From assembly GCA_016748015.1 (NCBI GenBank), contig JAAOMT010000076.1, positions 331,574-395,573 of the forward strand: 64,000 nucleotides of DNA, in the 5' to 3' direction. Source of the DNA: Geosiphon pyriformis uo1. Lineage: Eukaryota > Fungi > Glomeromycota. Both the position numbers and the translations under genes were made by a program. The notes under the pieces were generated by a model. It saw only the letters and a list, made by a program, of their open reading frames with translations, was not told where the DNA came from and did not search any database. Shown piece after piece: positions 52,301-64,000 of the stretch; the stretch's first letter is position 1, and every line of letters starts with the position of its first letter.

Positions 52301-55203
52301 AGCTTACTAATTTAGTTAATAAGTAATCTGAACCTGCTTTCAGTTTTTCAAATATATTAATACCTATTTTAAATTAATAAATTTCTATTATTTGTTTTGG
52401 ATTGTTTTTGTAAAACAAAAGTATAAATTAATGTTAAAACAGAAAAAATAATTATTAAGTACATTTTTTAATTGTTTTTAATTTTTTAAACAAGCTCAAT
52501 ACTATTATATTTTTTTTTAAAAGCAAAAAAAAGTCAGAGTTTATGAAAAGTTAGTTTTTAATTCTTTTGTTAATAATTAAATTTTTAATTTTTAATTTTA
52601 TTTTTAAATTGCTTTAGCATATTAGTTACATTTTTCTAAAATTTTAAATATTATATTTTAATATTATTTGCTATTTAAATATCCAATTTAATAGTAAAAA
52701 ATGTATTATTTTTGTTTGACTTGACAAAAAACTAATAAATAATTTTTTTGCAGCTTTAACAGTTTTTTGAGGAAATTACATGAACAAATATTTTTGAATG
52801 TTTTTTACAATTGACACTTTTATTTATTATTGTATTAGCTAGAAGTAACAAAATTTTTCAATTATTTTAATAAATTCTGTGTATTGTCTTAGATTAAAAG
52901 TTGTTTGAAACTCTTAAAAAATTAATAATATGGTTCTATTAAAAGCTAAATTTATGTAAAACAGTTTTTCAAAAAATATTAAATTTTTAAAAAAATTCAA
53001 AATAAAAGCAGTTTAAAAACTTTTGTTTTCTGTTTTTAAAAAGATTTTATTAAGCAATTAATTTTAATAAACTATTAAATATTTTGGTAAACTGATTATT
53101 TTGTTAATTTTTGAATAGTTTAAGATATTGTATAATTTAAAGCATTGAATTATAGTAAAAATTAGATTATTAATTAAAATAAATTATTAATAAATTAAAA
53201 ATTGTGTTGAAATATAAACAATAATATATGTTTAGTGATAATATTAATTAAGAAATAATTTTTGTTTTTTTTACAATAAAGCTATGGTACCGAAATTAAA
53301 GTTAAAACAATTTTGGGTTTTTTGGGTTTTGTGTAATTCTTTATTTTTAGGTTTTTATTAGTTAAATTAAAAACCAAAGAAGAGATTTTTTTGTTGGCTT
53401 GCATTTTTATTTTTAAAAAATACATTTATCAATTTAAAGACTAATATATTAAAGCTTGAAAAAAAATATTATTTTCAAAGAACTAAAATTAATTTTATTA
53501 GATTTTTAATTTAAAAAAATTGTTTTAATTCTTTTTATTATTGTATTTGTTAATATTTTAAAATATTAAAAAATTGTTATAATCTCTTAACATATTTTTA
53601 GGGTTTTTACATCTGTAACAACAGCTTTGTTGTCTTTAATTGTAAAGTAATTGTCGTTACTAATTATAATATGTTTAATATAAAAGTTTTTGGAATCTTT
53701 GGTTTTTCAAACAGTTTGAACTAATAGTCTTAGAAAACAAACAAGAATTGCAGCTAATAGATTTTTTAATTGTTTATTTAGATTTTGTATTTGAGTGATA
53801 AAAAAAACGGTAGTCATTTAGGAAGCAAAAGCAAAAATTGGTGCTAAGACTGAAAGAAAGAGAATATTTTCAAGATGTATTCATTGGTTATCTTTTATGC
53901 ACTGGACAAGCTCAATAATTATGTCAAAGTAAAGTTATTTTATAAGCAAAAAATGGCCACAGAGCATATAACAAGTCAGTTTTTAATCATTTTATAAAAG
54001 AATGAATTTTCTGCTCTCTGTTTAATATCTTTGCAAATTAAAAATTAAGTGGCCAAGTTTTACATTTTGTTAATATTAAAATTTTTAAATTTTAGTTGAT
54101 AATATCAATTTTGAAGCAAAACACAATGTTAAAGAATATTATATTAAAATATGGGTACAAAAACTTATTGAAAAACAAATATATTATATTTAATAGTATG
54201 AAAAATTAAAAAAACAGAAATTAAAAAGTATCAGAAAATTGTCAATTTTTTACCAATATGCTTACCAAAAATTTTTATTATGTCAAGAATTTTTACAAAA
54301 AACATTGCTAAATATAAATGTATAAATATATCTTAGAACAATACATTTTTTTAGGCAAATCTAAAATCTGTTTTTCAATTATTCAAAAATAAAGCAAAGG
54401 TTTTTGTATAAAATGACTTTTAAAAAATAAAAGAAAAGTTGTATTGCCCAAATGATATTTTTAAAATTATTAATTAAATAATGTAAAAAGATAAATGCTT
54501 AAGAATTGAGGCAGTTAATGAGAGAAATATATTTTGATTAAATTAATGAATCAATAAAATAGTGATATTGAAAAAAATGGAAACAAATTTTTTATTAAGA
54601 TTCCTGGTTCTTGAATTTCCATATGAAATTTTGCCAAAAAAAGCAGGCTACACTTAGGTTAAAATAATATCTATATATATTCTTGATCAATAAAATGGAT
54701 CAATATTTCAAAGTTTAATATAATAAGGCAATTAATACAAAAGTTTTCCTTAATGAAAGGTGTAATTTATTTCAAGTTCAATCTTTTGAATATTCAGTTT
54801 CCAATAAAAGGTATAGAAATATCACGTGTTTTTTAATAAATATTCAGTATAGAACAGATGAAATAAATGATATAGAGAGAAAAACAAGTCGAGAATGTAA
54901 AGGGCACTTCCAAAGTTTTACTTACTTTACTAATTAAAGTGTCGATAGGCAGACATATTAGCATTTTTTGTCACTCCCTTGATTCTATTATATACGAAGA
55001 AAATTCTTTAATAACGGAGCCAAAAGCTCCTTAATGTTATTTATCTAAGCACAAAGTTCCTTTTATAAAAGCTTCATCTACGATAAACATCTTCTTTGGT
55101 AAAAATTAAAGTTGGTGTTTTATATCAGATTAATTATTAATATTAGCTTTGAAATAATATAGAATAAATGTACTATCAAAATATCTGCATTATAAATTTT
55201 AAA

Positions 55204-56850
55204 CTATACAATTTGTAACTGCAAACCATCCCATTTCTTTGGATTGTTTGATCGGTTTTGTAATTCTTCCATACTCTTCGATCCAGTTTCACTTGGCTGT
55301 ATGTCTTGATTTGCAAGAGGGTTTTTATCACTACTGAGCAAATTAATCATTTTTTTGGTTTGAAATTTCATTTGAGAGCCCTCGTTTACATAAAATTGTA
55401 TTGCGTTTCCGACGCTATTATTAAATGATATTAATATAGAAATTAATTATATACACACTAGTGATTTCTAATTATTACTTTATACATACCTCCCTAAGCT
55501 TGTCCCTAGACCTGTTACAATATAAACCCAGGCTGCATCTCCCTAGAAAAATTGTCAAGTTTTCAATTTTATTAAATACAATGACCTATCCAACAATGCA
55601 AAGACGAATACAGAATTTAGCAGTTCAACTTACATCAAGAGTTTTTCCAGCAAGATGAACTATTGTTGATATCTAGTCAAGCAAGCCATTTATTATAATT
55701 TTTAGCAATTTTGAGCAGACATTATTCCAAATATTAAAAAATTTCTCACCCATTTTATCGAAAAAATCAAAATATAACTTGCAATTTTTTTGGCAATCAC
55801 TCTTTCGGTTAGGTTATCCAGTTCGATTTGAGTCGATTGCTCCGATTGAAGTTTTCCCACTTTTTGTATAGTTTTAACAGAGCAGAAGATGGCAAATATC
55901 CACGATAACAGATTAAAAATTAAGCCAACCAGTAGCAATTGTGAACTTTGTCGGGTGGTAGAACATCTAGAAAGGATGGAACATTAAACTGTAAAAAAAT
56001 CTCATTTGTATGGCGTTAGAGCGAATAATATACCCACCGATAAGTGTCCGCGCCGTAACTAGGTATTGAAATCAGAGCTATAATTAGAGTAGTTCCAATA
56101 TCGAGCGCAACTAGCTTGTAGTCAAATTTTCCTAAATTTATATTTTTATTTTTGCAAACTGTTTTGAGAGAAAATTTTGAGATTCTAAGCATTAAGACGA
56201 AATTCAAATTTAACCTTTTTTGCTTATATGATTTAATTTAACCAACCTCTTAAATATGTGATAGTTGCAATATTGCCTACCAAACATGTGCTGAAGGAAT
56301 TTCCTATTACATTCAAAGAACCAATCACACTACAACCCGATTCTGGCATTGGGTGAAAATTTATTAAGACGTATCCCTATTTCAAATAAAAAAAAGTTCA
56401 TTAAATTTGAAAATTCACATGATTAATGTTATTTTTTTTCAATTTAGAGTATCATTTTAAAATTGAGATTTATCTACCCAGTTTATCATTCCTTCCAAGT
56501 AGATGAAAAAATCTTTTGTGTTTTGAGGTGAAAAGTTTTAATATCAAATCCAATTTTTGTAAGCTTTGGAAAATTTTCAAGGATGATAAACATAGATTAC
56601 CTGTAAATGCGATATATAGTGGGAATCTAATAGCCATACTTGGAGACTGTTTTCCGGTACGAATCCATATACGCCAAATCGAAAATAGTACGAGAAAAGT
56701 GACAAATAATTGAACTTGACCCATTGCAACCTGAAAAGCAGCAATCAATTTCCGGCTTTCAATTTTGAAACCAGGCGAATTAGAATAACTATCTTCAAAC
56801 TTTGGGTCATTTGTACTTGCACTGTCCCATTTGAAGTTTTGATGACTCAT
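55204..56850 (-). CDS. 7TM GPCR-like receptor, 8 exons (56850-56601, 56512-56478, 56376-56247, 56158-56038, 55966-55750, 55672-55634, 55542-55490, 55414-55204; ~351 aa)
   Basis: Seven hydrophobic segments with AIRFPLYIAFTD, Cys at the start of TM3 (SGCSVIG), ITYLRVCK..INLGKFDYKL, YGADTYRC (ECL2 Cys), AKKIASYILIF.IKW and LGSVGNAIQFYVNEG. All seven introns are GT-AG and the frame stays open (1056 nt). Confidence 0.85.
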
Positions 56851-58032
56851 GATTTGCGAATTTCTTTCTAGGTATTCTACCAGAGCAAATCACAAAAAAT
56901 AAGGAAATAAAACGTATGGTAAAGAAATTTAGCTAGAAGTGAATCATTTATTCTTACATTTTATCACGGAGAAACCCTTTTTTTTATTTCTTTTCACTGT
57001 CATGATTTTGTGTATCGTTTATCGTATTGTAAGAATTGAGATGATTAAGAATCTTTTGAAGTTATTATTTATAAAATTATGAGGAAATCAAAAACCAAAA
57101 ATTTACACGGCGTTATCTAATCTTTGTACTAACTGCATTTGTAAAGTTAATTAATTTGCTACTACTCATCAGATTTTCAATTTCGACTCAATTAGAAATT
57201 TTAAAGGTCAAGATTAACATGTTATCTGTTGGTTAAAGTTAGCTTTGGATAATCAAGCAATCTAATAAACATAGATACATTACAATTACAATTACAAGGA
57301 AAAGTTTTGGCTATATCTAATAAATTAAAGTACTTTTTGAAAGAGAGAAAATCTGGTTTTAAAAAATAAGCGCATTCGAATAGTTTCACATTTAGATTTA
57401 CGCTTAAAAGAGCATAAATTATTCAAAATAAATTTGAAGCTCTTTTTAATGCTTTTGCACGAAATTTTTAAATTGATTAAAATGCCTCATTAGAGGTTGA
57501 AGAATTATTTACTGTTTATGCGAAATTCGTGGCTTAAATAAAGTCTAGCCTTCCAAAATGTGTGGGTCGTAAACTTGTTTTTGCATTTCCAATGAAATTA
57601 AAAAATCTCTCACCAAAATTCATAAATTTTTAAGATTAATTAATCAAAAAATTGAAAACGAAGATGTAAGGTTGTCTGACATTTTTAAAAAAACTCGATG
57701 ATACCATATAAGTAAAACGGGATATCAAGGCTTCCCATGCTTTCGATGATCTTTATTGCATGATTCCACTAATGTAGTGCAATCAAGAAACAAAGAGTTA
57801 TCCTAAAATAAAAAATTTATTTTTATTAGCGTAATGTTTCACAACTTGTGATTATTTTTAATTATTTTAAAGTATTTGAAGAAACTTATTTTTTAAAAAG
57901 CATTCATAATATCTCGGCTAAAAGCTCAAGCAACAACAACATATTTTATATCCAACCAGTCACTAGAACTTTGTGTTTTTTTGGCTTTTTTACAAATCTT
58001 TTCTTCCCTTTGATTCAAAACTTTAGGCTATT

Positions 58033-59191
58033 ATGACGAGTAGTGATAATGTTAAAGATTCTAAACTTGAGGATATTATAAAGGAAAAAGATCGAAATTT
58101 GATGTCGCTATTAGCAGAGAAAAAAGAGGATGAATCACCAATGATCAACACACCAGTTTGGAAGCAAATATACTGGACCCTATTTGGAATCATAAATCTC
58201 GGTCTTTTAGTTTTAAGTTTTGCTTTAATACGTGCCTTTTCTTCGGCTGTAAGTAGAATTCTTTGCAAGCTGGATTTCTTGTTTCATTTTCAAAATATTC
58301 TTTGGATAAAAATTTTCAAAAATTCAGAAACGAAGGGGTAATATCTCAGTTGTCGCTTTTTATATTATTGTATTTTTTGAAAGCTTTCCACGAGCTATGA
58401 ATGTTTATCAACTTTACCAATATACAAAAAAAGAGCTTTCAAATGGTGAAGTAATGGCAGTCATTCTATGTATGTCATAAATTCTTAATTTGGTATTCAA
58501 CCTTTCAAAATTCATTTATATTAAAAAAGACTTTTTTTTATTCATGATTTAATTAGTTAAAAAGGAAGGCTATCTTCTTTTTGGCAAAAAACCAATTACA
58601 GAAAGACAGATAGATGTACTTTCTTACACTTCTGACCTAATATGCGTGACATATTTTGTATTCATGGTATGGGCTGTACATGAAAATTATGAAGGTCTGG
58701 GAAATACAGGTCAATCAGCCAAAAAGATCAAATCTTTGACTGATGCATTATTGGTGACTGCAGCAGTCATGATGTTCAGACTGTTTGTAGACTTTTTGAG
58801 AAAAAATTTTGGCAAGAAAAATATTGTTGACAATCAACAAGTTGATAACAGTATAATTGTTCAGGTACCAATACCATTGGAAGGATCTGAGCCAAATCCA
58901 ATGGTTCAATTCCCTGATCATGTTCATTACCAACAATCATCCCCCATTACAAATCCATATATCTCCCAGAATTTCAATGTTCAAATGCCAGATCCAAAGT
59001 ACCATTATTCTTATCATCACAATCCATATCAATCAACACAAACTGAATTTTCATATTCACATCAATCTTTAAATTTCCAAAAACCTCAACAACAACCTCT
59101 TTCATATATTTTTCCTCATTTTCATCAAATGATACCAGCTGAGTCATTTCCACCTGATTACAAATACCATTCAGAAAAAAACCTTGTTTGA
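58033..59191 (+). CDS. Unknown ~4-TM membrane protein A with Q/P/H/Y-rich C-terminal tail, 3 exons (58033-58248, 58328-58469, 58557-59191; ~330 aa)
   Basis: Donors GTAAGT and GTATGT and acceptors TTCAG and ATTAG join ORFs 58033 and 58646 in frame (993 nt). Homologous to the neighbouring gene at 61059. Confidence 0.85.
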
Positions 59192-61058
59192 AATTCGATA
59201 ACTTTTGAATTATAATCTCGAGTCTTATGGTTTAGATAACGAAAAGCTCAGGTCTGTAGTCTTCATGAAGTAACTTGATCTTTAGCGTAATTGGAGGTGA
59301 AAATAGGTAGATTAAAATGTAACCTTATAACTAATTGAACAAATTTATAAAAAAATAACCTATTTCCATTTTACTGCAAAACCAGTTTACCTAATCTTCG
59401 TATAGAATTTTACAATTCAAGTGGAAAAAGTTTGGACAAAATGATCAGTAACAAAATAAGTTTTTCTCCGTAAAAGAAAATTATAAAATTTAGGCTTATC
59501 TTTCTGTCATTTAAGAATAAGTGGCATTTTTATGAGCTCAATGTTTGATGGTTCAAAGTAATTTGTACAAAGGCAAATTACATTTATAATATGAATCTTT
59601 GCATTATTGAAAGTCTGACCAAAATGGACTAGCTTTGGGAGGCTGTGTCTCATTCTCTTTTAATTTTGGCTCGACAATACTCTGCCTCTCATTCCAATTT
59701 AACCATTAACCGTATATGATTATATCAAAACAAAAATCTGGACGCAATAGTTGAACAATGTGGCGGTGGCTATATTCCTTGTAATAGAAACCGTCCTGAA
59801 CATAATTAGGCATCTTGTGACAAGATTGCCTTAGCCAACTAATAGGAAAAAGATCAACAGAATAATAAAAGCAATTGAATTAAAGCACAAAAAAAGCCTG
59901 AAAATGACCTTGGCTAAATACTTTAAAAGTGTGTTCTTGTCGTCACAAATTATATAAAAAAATTACATGAGTTCAGAAACGCCTGTATTTGTAATAAAAC
60001 GGGTTAATCAGTTTAGTCCCAAATAATTAATCGCAAATTATTCCTTTTTTATATGTATGCATCAGTCAGGAAGGTAATAAGTGAGAGAAATTACGAGCAA
60101 GATTCAAAAATTTCAAACCAAGTTCTAGAATGCTTGTAAAGAATAATTTATTTGTTACATCGATCACTTGAGATTGCTGGTAGAAGTGAGAAAATTAGTC
60201 ACAAATTTGTAAATGGTTACAAATAGATTTCATCATTCTTAAAGAGAGCCAAATAAATATGAAAATTCACTTTCGCAGATAGTTAGCAAGTAACTTTCTT
60301 CCAAGATCTCTTGACATAAAAAAACATCTAACTCCTGCTCAGAAACAAAAAATACTCGTCTCTTGTCTTAAATCGTAAATTTTTTTCAGAAAATACCTTG
60401 ATAAATTTCGTCAAGTACACTGAACCACCTTTAACACATATTCCTGCCATGTTTCGCATAACATGTTGATTCCCAAGACGAGAAAATTGCTAAATAAATC
60501 GAGTTTTAAGCTACCAAATTTCAACTGCTTCAAATATTATTAGATTAAATATGCCTGGTTGGAGATGGTGTCATTCCGTGAACGTTCGGTAAAGGTCTAA
60601 AGACTACGAAAAGGCTATAAATTACTCTCACCTTGATCTAAACTATTGAAGCTGTGAATTTGAAAGGGTTTTAAATGTTTCTCTCCTATCGGCTGCACTT
60701 ATTTAAAAATTTTGAATTGTCACATCTAACCATTTAAAATCTTTGATTCCCATTCCGCCCAAACTTGGTAATTTTTTAGATTTTTTGCAACGGTCACTTC
60801 ATAACAGGATAAGCCTTAATTACTTCATTTAACTAATATCAATCAGGAATTTTGGCTGTGTATACATTTTGACTTAGCCTCGTGAAATATTATCAATAGA
60901 AAAATCCTGATCATAAATGACATCTATAAATCTTTTGATAAAAAAGGATATGGCTGTCACGTTGAATTTTTTATATACAGGCTTTTTTATGAATAACTTT
61001 TGTTTTTTCTATTTTAATGAAAGTAAAGAACTAAGATTTCGTGTATAATATCTGAAAT

Positions 61059-62099
61059 ATGGATAATAATGAGAATGGAAAAGCTTTCTCGTCTTATCCT
61101 TCTTCGCGACAGGGAACTGTTACAACTACTCCAATATCTTCACCAGTGATCAGACCTATTAGCAAGTCTCCCATCCCCTACGAGGATAATCAATTTCGAG
61201 CTACACAAAAATCATTATCGTCATATAAATTACCAAGGAGGGAGTGGTCGTTTGATAGATATGTTACCGTTGACATGAAAGAAGGACTCCAACCAAAAGA
61301 TGACCCAGATTTCACAGATATAAATCTTTCAGAAGACAAGGGATACAAAAGTAGAAGACGAACTTGGTATAATGTGTTAAATTGGATATTCTGGGCAAAT
61401 TTGAATTTCGCTATTTTATTGGGAAGTTGTGTGTTGATCAAATTTTCTTTTGATGGTGTAAGTTTTGAATATTTCCATTTATCTGGCTCATTTATCAACA
61501 ATAGATCTAATATAATTTTTTTGGGATCTTACAGCTTGCACCGCTTCCGTGGGTCAAATGGCCTTTTTTAATTTACATAGGATTGGAAATTTTTGTACGT
61601 TTAGGACAAATGGGGAAAATTTATTATTTGGCTCAAGGAAGAATGAATTGTACACAGATCTTGCTTTTTCCTCTTTGTAAGTTGTCAATATTATAAAACT
61701 GAAATTTTTAAGGGCTTCTTAATATAATCAAACTAATTTTTTTTGATATTTTGATTAGTAGGAAAAGAGGCTTATTTTTTGTTTGGATTTTCTCCTGTCA
61801 CCACAAAAGAGGCTAGAGATAGAAGTTCTCGAGCAGATCTTTTATTTATTTTTTATTATTTCTATTTGGGAGCTATCATTTATATGCCTCGAATAGCATT
61901 AGAGAGGAAAAACAGATTTGATGGGGCACTCTTAATAACTTTTGGTATAGGTTCATTTCTCTTACTTAGAGTTCTTTATCATTGGTGCGCTTGTGAAGGC
62001 TGTGAGAACGACAACGGAGATTGTTGCCGGTGTTGCTTTGGTGAGAGCAGGAGCTCTGCTAAGAGTGATCCTACGACAAATGTTAACAAAGGTAAATAA
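61059..62099 (+). CDS. Unknown ~4-TM membrane protein B with Ser/Pro-rich N-terminus and Cys-rich C-terminal tail, 3 exons (61059-61457, 61535-61676, 61759-62099; ~293 aa)
   Basis: Two GTAAGT donors and acceptors TACAG and ATTAG; in frame (882 nt). Paralogous to 58033-59191. Confidence 0.85.
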
Positions 62100-63043
62100 C
62101 TATATTTGTAATTAGTTTGGTAATTGATGTGTCCTTGTTTCGATTCGATTAGGTCTTAACTTTAAATCTGGCGGTTGAATTTTGTAACATATGGGATATT
62201 TCTGTTAATTCATGTAATTGTGCAATTGTTTTGGCCGGTAATTTTCATGACTATTAAAGGATAATTTGTCATCGCAGACTTATTTTCAATGATATTTTTT
62301 TCTTTACAGGACCTGAGCTCGTATCAAAACCCGAACCAATGCAAGGATAACAAAGTTAGGTCGATTGAAAAATTTCAAGTCTTCAAATATACATATGATC
62401 TCAACTATAAATGAAGTTCTAAATAAAATGACGAACGAGCTTTTTCTTTTAGTTTTGCTTTTTGAAACCAATTTCCAAAAGGCTAAATTATTTCTTTTTT
62501 GTGTATCTTGTTTTAAAAATATCATTGAACTTTTTTAGATAGAAAACTTAAAAATTTTGAATTTTAATAGAGTAACAATGGCTATTGCTTCTTTACCAAT
62601 TTTTAGTCGAATAATAGAAAACCTTTTATTTTAAAATAAAACCATCATTATAAATATTTGAAAGATTTTTAAGGATTAGCGATTTTTCTTTTCCAAAACT
62701 GGAAAAGAAAAGTTTCGGGGGAGGTGGGTACAATTTAAGAAACTTAAAAAACACGAATGACTTTTCGTATTGTAAAGTAATGAATGAAGATTTTGATTTT
62801 CTCTAATGTTTTATTTTAAGAATTCTGATTACCGAACCCATGAGCATTAGATCCCCTTCTGGTTAATAAATAAACTCTAAAATTCCTTTTCTAAAGATAG
62901 CTCTATTCCAACTTTCCAAAATAATTTTCCCTTAGCAACAATCAAGTAATGGTGTCACATGCAAAACGTAGGATCACATGAATCTTCATCGATTGACTTT
63001 TTTTAAAGAAAAAATTTAAAAATGATTATTCTCTTCTTTTGAA

Positions 63044-63820
63044 TTTACTTTGATCCCGAAAATGGTTATATAATCCTTTTCCCAAATGATTTTACAAAAA
63101 TGGATACAGAGGTAGAATTTTGGAAAATTTTTGAAATTTTAAGCTTGGCGTAATAAGGACACGAATTTTTCGTCATTGATCGAACTCGTATGATTATATT
63201 CAATAAAAATATTATATGAAGAATATTATAAATTGAATCAAGGACAATAATGTATTCCATTATCTCGTTTTTTTACTCCTCGAGGTTATACAAATTTATG
63301 TCAACTATTCCTGGAAACTGGTTAAAAATAATAACTTGATAAAGAAAACTTATAAATCTTATTACAAGATTCTTTTGTTTTTGCAGAAGCAACGAAAATC
63401 AAAAAATTCAAAAAAGCTAACAAAAGAAAGTTAGAAAATATTTCAACAAAAAACTTCAAATTATTTTATAAAAATTTTCGGCTCACTCCCTCACAAGTGA
63501 AATAATCTAATCTTAACATCCGAAAAATATGCAAGCTATTTCTTTACAAAATCATTCAAACCAACCTCTCATCCAAGGGGGCAGAGCACCGCCAGCTCAA
63601 AATAACGAACAGCAAAATAATTTGATCCTGTTTCTTTAGAAAGATTTATCTATAGATCAATTCAACCGTTTCAAAGCATTGTTGCTGATGCGGGAAATGT
63701 TCAACCGAATTTCTGGGACATTGCATTGAATTTCAATATAACCTTTTAAGCGACATCATTCACAATTTATCTTCATGACCAAAATAATTCCTCTAATGCT
63801 TCTGAACTGTATTTTTATTA
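63044..63820 (+). pseudogene. Probable decayed gene of uncertain family (weakly HMG-box-like)
   Basis: Protein-like stretches broken by stops and frameshifts: YFDPENGYIILFPNDF..EFWKIFEILSLA**, MIIFNK/ILYEEYYKLNQGQ*..YTNLCQLFLET, a GT..TTTGCAG intron-like gap (~63321-63386), and FDPVSLERFIYRSIQPF. Confidence 0.3.
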
Positions 63821-64000
63821 GATATGTTTTTACCAAATAGTTACTAAAGAAATTACAGTTTTTTTATTTAGTTAGAGGGAAAAATATAATGTTATTATAT
63901 TGCAAATTATGGACATCTATAAGTTTTTTTAGAGGTACCAATCATCAGGTTTAGAATTTCAACCTATGATATTGACATGTACTGATAAGAAATTTAAGAA

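Noticed and set aside
52500-54700. Possible LINE ORF1 or transposase relics
   Set aside because: Only faint resemblance after mental back-mutation; not supportable without profile searches.
59590-59880. GC-richer stretch between membrane genes A and B with a protein-like minus frame
   Set aside because: Interrupted by stops, no similarity to A or B, and no clear splice sites.

Overview
This is eukaryotic, AT-rich fungal genomic DNA. Short GT-AG introns, Zn2Cys6 factors, a tyrosine-kinase-like relic and the 7TM family type point to Glomeromycotina (arbuscular-mycorrhizal lineage or a relative such as Geosiphon; this is inference). CpG-containing gene islands alternate with extremely AT-rich blocks, several of which can be read as heavily C>T/G>A-mutated transposon relics: two RNase H-bearing non-LTR retroelements, two chromodomain Ty3/Gypsy elements (one with an internal inversion) and one unassigned dispersed repeat family. 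The genes are: a DUF4419 array (one intact gene, one gene interrupted by an N gap, two pseudogene fragments); two short paralogous Zn2Cys6 transcription factors; a DHA2-type MFS efflux pump; an 8-Cys secreted, probably GPI-anchored protein; an auxin-efflux-carrier (PILS/ECM3-like) transporter; an 8-exon 7TM receptor-like gene; and a tandem pair of unrecognised ~4-TM membrane proteins with identical exon structure but very different tails. I built the exon models by hand from splice signals and frame continuity. No database searches were run.
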